Shown here: positions 37,820 to 46,247 of the stretch, one piece after another
Numbering within the stretch: the first letter of the stretch is position 1
How the letters are laid out: each line of letters begins with the position of its first letter
Source: Octopus bimaculoides
Lineage: Eukaryota
DNA: 46,247 bases
Reading direction: 5' to 3'
Assembly (NCBI RefSeq): GCF_001194135.2
Contig: NC_068985.1
Location: 70,385,927 to 70,432,173, forward strand
The notes under the pieces: model-generated
Told to the model about the DNA's origin: nothing
Seen by the model: the letters and a program-made list of their open reading frames with translations, nothing else
Database searches by the model: none
Position numbers and translations under genes: made by a program

Positions 37820-38870
37820 CTGCTTGTCAGAATCGGTGAATCGAAAGGAAATACATAAGTAGTAACAACAAGAACAGCAAATGATGATACTTGCTTGTTG
37901 TGTTGACATTTGGCCTGGAATTTTGAGGAGGGTTGGTTAGTCAATACAATAACCACAATATGTGACCAGTACTTTACTTTTTCGATCCCGAAATGGATGA
38001 AGGGCGAAGTTGACGTCGTTGGGATTTGAACTCGGAAAGTAAAAGGCAAAAATAAATACCACAAGACATTTACTCTGATCTTCTACCAACCAGACCAATC
38101 CTTTCCCTTCAACAACAATAATGATGTGGATAATATAGTCACAAGGTCAGAAAGGTTGATGGGAAGTGTTAGTAGATTATTTCCACTTTAGAACTTGACT
38201 AGTTTTCTATCGATTCTGAAAAGATGAAAGACCAGGTTAACTTTGATGAAGTCTGGTTAACTTTGATGAAGGGGTGTATGAAATGATCCAAGTTCTTTTG
38301 CTCGACTTGGATAGTGATTCTCAACAACGATAATTGCTGCAAATTTAGAGACGAGGCTAGCCATTTTGAGAGAAGGACGTTTCATGATTACATCACATCA
38401 GTACGTCAGTGGTACTTTATATTATCCAAACAGAAGAGCTTAGAGCAAGGTTAACCACGGAGGACTTAACGATAATAATATTGGTTTATGATTTAAGTAC
38501 AAAACCAAGGATTTTAGATAAAGGTGTTACTCTTTAATGTAACCCAAGTGCTCGAATACTTTGGTGTTTTATCGACTTCGGAAGTAAGAAAGATAAATTT
38601 CGCGGCAGTTGGATTTGAACTCAGAGCCTAAAGTACCAGAACACGGGAGGCATTTTCAACGCCCCATTGATTCTGCCAGCGCGTCGCTTTCACAACATGA
38701 ATAATACGATATTGATTTCAAAATTTGGCACACAATTTTTGACATTGCCTTTCATCTTTTCGGGATAGATACAATAAGTACCAGTCGAACACTAGTATCA
38801 ATGTAATTGACTTACCCACTGCCTCTAAATTGATGGCCTTGTGCCAAAATTTGTAAACAATATTATCATT
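37820..38870. mobile_element. Cluster of several decayed SINE fragments in both orientations
   Basis: Recurrent family-B motifs (GGATTTGAACTC, AAGTACCAG, TTTCATC, GGCCTTGTGCCAAAATTTG). Individual boundaries not resolved. Confidence 0.6.
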
Positions 38871-39339
38871 CTCCCCATTATTAGATTTAATTCTTTGTCT
38901 TGTAACCCCAACTCATTCTCGTCCTCAGTATTTTCTTTTCACCAAACTAGCCTTCCCTCAAAATCATTAACCAAGATGACATTTCAGTAAATAGCTTGCA
39001 TTAGAACCTGTACGTAGTAAGCATTATGGGGTTCATTATATTTTGTTATTTCTATATACGCCTGGCTATAATATAATATACAATACGCAGCAAGCCTAGC
39101 ATGTTCAGGTAATTCTTGGCTATGTTTACGTAACCGGCATAGTTAAATAGTCTAACTAATTAGACGAGTAATTAGTGTTATTTATTTCACCCGGTCAATG
39201 TCAATGTTGACATTAGTCTATAAATAAAACAACTGAAGCGTGTGTTTTCCTGTTAACTGCAAAGTTTAGACTAAAGTTTATTCAAATATCATTGGGAATT
39301 AGAAATGATATGAGGATTATGTGTGTCTGTTTGTATATA

Positions 39340-40592
39340 TTGGGTCATCCTATAAATAATGCGGTCTTTTAATACTTCTTTTATTTTTCAAAATTAAGGT
39401 AATGAAAGTTCTGATTTTAATCTAAGATATACTCTCCTTCATTTACTACAATGCTCTTCTAACTATCTGGCAGACTTGCAAGGACTCTCTTCCAAAATTC
39501 TCTTGTCCGTGAAGAAAATTACTCCTCCGGTACTGTTCTGACCTCGTCTAGAGAATTCATATTTTTCCCGTTCAAATGATTTTTGAAGACTGCGGAATAA
39601 ATGATAATCAGATGGGGTAATGTCGGGCGAATATGGTGGGTGGAGCATCGTTTCCCATTCAAACTTCTCCAGCCTTTAGAATGTTATCCTTGCTGTATGT
39701 GGCCGAGCATCATCCTGGTTGAAGAACACCTTTCGTGTTGGAACCAATGATGGTCATTTTTTTCTTCTAGCGCTGACTCAAGCTGCTCAAGCTGCTGGCA
39801 GTAGATCACATTTGTAATCGTTTGGTTAAGTTTAAAAGTTCAAAGTTGGCTGAACCTTTCATATTCCACCAAAGAGATAACAAAACCTAACGACGGTGAA
39901 GACCTTTTTAGCCTGGCATGCTGATGTTACCCTTTTCTCTACCCACTATCTTCGGTGCTTGACATTTTTATAGAGACCGAGGTTCATTCGTGAGACGTGA
40001 GAGCAAAGAAGAACACACATTCACTCCCTGCGTGCTATTAGACTCGGGAAGTTTATGATGAATCCATTGACCTAATTTTCTGACTATTCAGATAGCACAA
40101 TGGTGCCTATGAATGGTTGAATGACCAAATCCAAGCTTCTCTGCTAGTTCCTGAACAGTTACTTTGGGATTTTCTTCCATTAGGGTGTGCAGGAAGTCCT
40201 CGTGTAGCTCTACCGACTTTCCAGGACGAAGCCCGTCTTTTAGGCTGTAGTTTCCTGCTCGGAATTTCTGGAAGCACCGTTGACACTAGCTTACTCTCAT
40301 TGTCCGATCTCCACCTACTGTACTAATATTCCTCGCACTCACCGTTGCGTTGTTGCCTTTATTGAACTCATACTAGCAAAATATGCCGAATATGACCTTT
40401 TGTCACATCCATTATAACTTTGAAAAAATAACTTAAAATTGAAATGCAGGCTTCAAAAGTTGCAGTAAGAATAAGTACTAGATAAAATTAGTATCTGCTT
40501 ATATAGCAAGTTGTTGTAAGCAATTTTTCCTATCCCCCTCCGACTTTTAGTTTATACAATTTCAAAAATTCAAAAAAACCGTATTATATATA
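39340..40592 (-). mobile_element. Decayed mariner DNA transposon, near full length
   Basis: ATG at 40412 gives MDVTKGHIR..EFNKGNNAT..QKFRAG..ELAEKLG..LGQWIHHKL (WVPHEL-like), and later HPPYSPDITPSDYHLF. Left TIR TA|TTGGGTCATCCTATAAATAATGCGG; the right TIR is partial (AAAAACCGTATTATATA) and runs into a gap. Confidence 0.9.
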
Positions 40593-40741
40593 NNNNNNNN
40601 NNATATATATATATATATATATGGAAGGTAGTCCGTTAGAAAATATCTGTTCGAGATAGCAGCAGTATACGAACCAAAAAGTATTGCATATGGCCACTTT
40701 AATGTGGTTGCTCTCTAAGAGACAACGCTACTGCCCTTTAA

Positions 40742-41015
40742 CCCCAGAAAGACAGACTCCCTAGCTGGCTTATTCAGTGTGCTCCTCGAACACGATATTT
40801 ATCACAAGCGTGAGATAACGCCTGCCACCCTAGCGTCAACACCACTAGACCACGTGGTTTCGATCTGTATTGGATCTCCTCAGTGGTGGGTACCCGTTTC
40901 CAGATACGGCAGTAGTTTGCCTCGTTTGCAATATATTGAAAGTACAATGTCATACAATCACTGAAGTGCGAGAAGCGCACTGAATAAACAAGCTGGTGGA
41001 GATGTCTTCGTAGGG
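40742..41015. mobile_element. piggyBac-like MITE (274 bp)
   Basis: TTAA|CCCCAGAAAGACA...TGTCTTCGTAGGG|TTAA: TTAA on both sides, CCC/GGG ends, and 13 bp imperfect TIRs (10/13). Confidence 0.6.
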
Positions 41016-41217
41016 TTAAATGGTTGTATATACATATATACATATATGTGTGTATACACGTGCATATATATATACGTATATATTTACATGTTTGTATATG
41101 TGTATGTCTATATATAAATATATATGTATATAATTATAAAAAACCTAATTATTATCAAGGGCAGATTGCCATAATCTATACGCTAGCAGTAGATGTCAGA
41201 TACCTACATTCCACCCA

Positions 41218-41412
41218 GAATTTGTTGTCTATTTATAATCCCAGCTCGAAAATAAGGTAATGAACAAGAAGATTTACAAAACTTCGGATAATCCTGTCTT
41301 AAGATTTCATGCTCTGTAATAAATATTACTTTGCAATCTTCAGTAGAGATACACCGACAAATATATAAGTGAAAAATACATATCCATAGCAATAAATCTT
41401 TTCGCACAGATG

Positions 41413-41452
<40 letters not shown>

Positions 41453-42034
41453 NNNNNNNNNNATGCATTTCCCGCGTATACATTTCATCTACTAGCCCAT
41501 TACGGCCATGTGGCTAATATCAGAAATCATACCGGGTAAATACATTACCACAGCTTAATATAATGTCTAGAGAACTCAAACATTATTCATACTTATAAAT
41601 TATATAATTATATACTTAAAAATCAACTTATATGGTCATTTTTTATACGCTAGCGACTGATGTAATCATTTTAATGATTATACCCCTAATTTATATGTAT
41701 AAATAATTTTTGAGTTCTCTAGTCATTATATTATGCTGCTGTACTTTAATTACCCCGTGTGATTTCTGACATTAACCACATGTTCGTGATGAGCTTGTAG
41801 ATGAAATGTATACGCGGAAAATGCATATACATATTGGTATCTGTACGAATAGATTTATCGGTATGTATATGTATTCTTCGCTTATATATTTGTCGATGTG
41901 TCTCTACTGAGAATTCCAAAGTAACCTCTATTACAGAGAATGAAATCTTAAGATACAGGATTATCGAGAATTTTATAAATCTTCTTGCTCATTACCTTGC
42001 ATCTGACCTAGTATTATAAATAGAAAACAAATTC
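41218..42034. repeat. Long imperfect inverted repeat (foldback)
   Basis: Arms 41218-41602 and 41687-42034 with an 84 bp spacer. The ORF track shows near-identical translations on opposite strands (41204..41488 minus, 41801..42019 plus). Confidence 0.9.
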
Positions 42035-42049
42035 AGACAGAAGTGCATC

Positions 42050-42434
42050 AAAAGCATTCCAGACTTCTTTTTCAATGCCAGATATGGTGTCCAAAACTTG
42101 CTCGTCCTGCAATAGCCACCAAATTCTTGTCCGTGAAACACAGCAATATTAATTTTCTCACAAGACAAAAGTGGGAACCCTGCTTGAGTACTTCAAACAG
42201 TCACACAATATCGGGTGCCCAGAATTTGTCTTTATCACGCAGTTTCATGTCAAAGTAATTAAGGTAAGCTGTCTTCAAAAGTCTTCCAGAGTAAAGAAAA
42301 ACATCCACAAATGTAGCAAGAAACATAGTGTCTGTTCTTGTATTTACTTCTCTCTGAACTTCACATATTTCTGAAACACAAAACTTATATTCAAACCAGT
42401 TGTCACCCAGGGAAAGCATTTTCAGAATTGTCAA
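42050..42434 (-). pseudogene. N-terminal remnant of a CMC/Chapaev3-like transposase
   Basis: CYICG in a shifted frame, followed by AYLNYFDMKLRDKDKFWAPDIV, matches the FCYICG..AYFGxKLGDQDKxWAPHIVC N-terminus I recall for this family. Confidence 0.65.
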
Positions 42435-43029
42435 CGATTATAAAGTAAGTAAATGCAGAGTTGTGATGGCAACATTCCATAAAGAGCATGCATAGCATGA
42501 AGTTCTTTCTATAGTTCTTTCACCATACTTGACAAAGTGACAGTTACCCATCTAACCTCGCAATTAAAGCATTAATTGCACTTACAAAATACCAAGTATG
42601 AGATGTGATTGATGTCAAGGACGACAGAAAAGTAATTTTTAGTAACATCTAATTGTCGGAAGGACATTTCTGTCATCATCATGACGTTTAAAACTCGTCA
42701 GATTGAAAATAGTGTAAGCCGATCGAATGTGTTGCATTTATTTGCTGAAGATACTTAAATTATGACATTTATTTTCACTTTTGTAGTTCTATTTACATGA
42801 TATACATTTGATGAAGCCAAATCTATAATTAGAAATGGCAACAATACAGGAAATGTTGGGAAATGGACATTTGAGTTTGTGAAACGTTTTCACTTGATGA
42901 AGCAAATTGGGGAACTGATTTCAAGAATTTCGTTTTTAAAATCATCTCCCCAAGATTACTGCGATACATATCTCTCACACAAGACAAAAAAATCCCTGCT
43001 CCTCTGGGCAATAATAATAAACTCTTCTT

Positions 43030-43170
43030 AGTGGGGCACAAGGCCAGAAATTGAGGGCGGTGGGAAACTCGAATATATAAAAAGCAGAGCTCACTTGCCT
43101 TTTAAATATCAACTCCCGAAAAGATGAAAGGCAAAGTCGACCGTCGTCATTTTCAACTTCATCATCGAAA
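43030..43170 (-). mobile_element. SINE fragment (family B)
   Basis: 'ggcacaaggccagaaatt...gaaaagatgaaaggcaaagtcgacc'. Confidence 0.65.
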
Positions 43171-43694
43171 GCATTATGTACAGCAACATACTTCTCGACA
43201 TTGTAACTAAAAGTTAATGCAAAATTCCTTGATGTGGCTGAATCGATATCCTTACATATGGATGAATCGATCACGGGATCCAACTGCCAATGGACATTTC
43301 AATGGATGGATGGATGCATGGTTGGGCTCAAGGATTCAAGGCTGGTTGAGAAGATTGATGCATGGCTGGAGGAGTAAACCCATTCACTTTCTTTTACTAC
43401 CGTTTTAGGCAATGTTTTGCTGTATATGATGCATACATTTAAAGCATAAACGTTGCAACGGGGTGCAGATATTTCCTGCAAAATTAAGGACATGCAAATG
43501 CCTACAGATGGCTCCTGTTGTGTAATACTATTTGCATAAGTAGTTTCAGGCTATGGTTTCAATTACGGATCACATGTATTAAACAAGCCAAAACAATTTT
43601 TTTATTTGACGATCGAAACTGTACTGGAATTGTACTTTAGACCGTGCTACACGGAATTTAATCACGGAAAATATTTTCACAGTAAAACCTAATC

Positions 43695-43850
43695 CTTTCT
43701 TCAATAGACATAAGATTGAAATTTTGGGGGAAGGAGGTCATTCGATTCCATCGAGCCCACTGATCATCTACTACTTACTTCATCGATCTCGAAAAGTGCA
43801 AAGGCAGAATTTGCGTCCAGTGTGCTAGCAATTCTGCCTGCTCGCCACCT
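43695..43850 (-). mobile_element. SINE (family B), internally deleted
   Basis: 'gaaattttggggaaggaggtcattcgattccatcgagccc...tgtgctagcaattctgcctgctcgccacc'. Confidence 0.65.
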
Positions 43851-44314
43851 TTCCCCGGTGAGACCTAATACATGCTTATTAAACAAACACATGGAAATTA
43901 TGCAAATATTTACAAAATATTCAGAAGCATGAGTTTCTTGTGTATTTTGCTAAATTAATACGCATAAGTTCACAAAATTCCACCTCAACTTCATTTCCCA
44001 AACTCTATACCACGGGATTCGTTCAGTCCATATCTAACGTACTTATATTCATGAGCGAATATCCTGATACCTTTGCAGAAGACAGTCGGTCAGGCTATAA
44101 GTTTTCCTTCAAATAGGTCTTATGGTATGAGGTCGTTGTTTTTCAAATCCACATGCACCATACATTCATAACACACACACACATAGGCGTGTGTAGGTGT
44201 GAATGTATATATGTGTATATACATATAAACATGCATATGCACATGAATATATACGTTTGTATATAAATATTTCCGTGTGCATGCGCATGTATGTTTTGCG
44301 TGTGTGTAGAAAGT

Positions 44315-44349
<35 letters not shown>

Positions 44350-44459
44350 GGCGAAATTTATATAAACTTACCTATATGCACATACATTTGTAACATTACA
44401 TATATATATGTGGAATGCTTCATCTCGTATATATATATACACACATATCATATATCCAT

Positions 44460-44516
<57 letters not shown>

Positions 44517-46215
44517 NNNNNNNNNNNNNNNNNNNNNNNNNNNNNNNNNNNNNNNNNNNNNNNNNNNNNNNNNNNNNNNNNNNNNNNNNNNNNNNNNNNN
44601 NNNNNNNNNNNNNNNNNNNNNNNNNNNNNNNNNNNNNNNNNNNNNNNNNNNNNNNNNNNNNNNNNNNNNNNNNNNNNNNNNNNNNNNNNNNNNNNNNNNN
44701 NNNNNNNNNNNNNNNNNNNNNNNNNNNNNNNNNNNNNNNNNNNNNNNNNNNNNNNNNNNNNNNNNNNNNNNNNNNNNNNNNNNNNNNNNNNNNNNNNNNN
44801 NNNNNNNNNNNNNNNNNNNNNNNNNNNNNNNNNNNNNNNNNNNNNNNNNNNNNNNNNNNNNNNNNNNNNNNNNNNNNNNNNNNNNNNNNNNNNNNNNNNN
44901 NNNNNNNNNNNNNNNNNNNNNNNNNNNNNNNNNNNNNNNNNNNNNNNNNNNNNNNNNNNNNNNNNNNNNNNNNNNNNNNNNNNNNNNNNNNNNNNNNNNN
45001 NNNNNNNNNNNNNNNNNNNNNNNNNNNNNNNNNNNNNNNNNNNNNNNNNNNNNNNNNNNNNNNNNNNNNNNNNNNNNNNNNNNNNNNNNNNNNNNNNNNN
45101 NNNNNNNNNNNNNNNNNNNNNNNNNNNNNNNNNNNNNNNNNNNNNNNNNNNNNNNNNNNNNNNNNNNNNNNNNNNNNNNNNNNNNNNNNNNNNNNNNNNN
45201 NNNNNNNNNNNNNNNNNNNNNNNNNNNNNNNNNNNNNNNNNNNNNNNNNNNNNNNNNNNNNNNNNNNNNNNNNNNNNNNNNNNNNNNNNNNNNNNNNNNN
45301 NNATATATATATATATATATATACACATCTGTATATACATATGCACGCATATAATATGTGCATATGCGTATCAATGCCCGTGACTCTATTCCCACGTCGA
45401 CATTATATGTCATACATATCATGCATGGGCAAGATATTTTGGATACATGGTCTATCTCTCTCTACCCCTCTGACTCACGCATACACATACACACACACAC
45501 ACACACATACACACGATATGCACACACATTCACGTGCAAGTATACTTCTCTATCTACACATATACACGGCTAATTACAATAATTTCTTCCTACAGGAACC
45601 CATTTTCATTTTAAGGTACAATCGGATATTAGAGAGGAATTCTTGTTTATTCCTCCGCCCTCAAAACATGTCCCAGATACTCTCACCATTAGGAGTAATT
45701 TTATCGGTGCCATCCATTTCATTCACTAAAAGATTTGGAAATACTTTTTCCATATATTGTTGTGTAATTTATAAAAAGAGACATCTGTGCATATTTACAT
45801 AGATACACATGTACCTGCACATTTTCATGCATAGATGCTTACATGTAGGTATTCATACAAAATAAAAGACATGAATACGTTTTTGTCAATCTAAAATATA
45901 TTCATGTGCAGTGTGGGTTGAATATGATGCATACATATATACATATATATGTGTGGGTGGGTGTGTGTGTGTGTGTACGTGTGTGTCTGCGTATGTGCGT
46001 ATATGTATATATACGTATATATAAATATGTATATATACATATATATATATATTGATATATAAACATATATACACATGTATATACATATATAAATAGATAT
46101 GTATGTATATGTATGCATATGTATATATACATATAGACACACACACACCCACATATATATATATATATTAATATATAAAATACATATGAGTACACACATA
46201 CACACACACATATTG

Positions 46216-46247
<32 letters not shown>

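Noticed and set aside
38239-38275. Short local direct repeats (GGTTAACTTTGATGAAG twice; similar near 27300 and 35785)
   Set aside because: Two-copy slippage duplications, common in this sequence.
40117-40326. Plus-strand 69 aa ORF
   Set aside because: Antisense shadow of the mariner transposase.
42700-42720. CACT as the Chapaev3 5' terminus
   Set aside because: Only 4 nt match and no partner TIR was found.

Overview
AT-rich eukaryotic genomic DNA saturated with microsatellites and broken by ten N gaps. The repeat families resemble octopod cephalopod ones (inferred from recalled repeats, not a database hit). No intact host gene, CRISPR array or prokaryotic system is supported. The window is mostly decayed transposons: at least five Helitron pieces, three R4/Dong-like RLE retrotransposon remnants set in (TAA)n arrays, a decayed mariner, two MITEs, a Chapaev3-like fragment, many tRNA-derived SINEs and an ~820 bp foldback. 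These cluster in an ~11.5 kb nest at 15.6-27.1 kb. Two observations stand out. (1) A 76 nt piece of 28S rRNA is patched into the endonuclease region of an RLE retroelement at 19695-19770. (2) An 888 bp Helitron is inserted at an A|T site right after the HUH motif of another Helitron, and removing it restores the reading frame. A few splice-compatible open frames may be host exons, but I do not recognise their products. Most ORFs in the supplied track are artefacts of microsatellites or N gaps.
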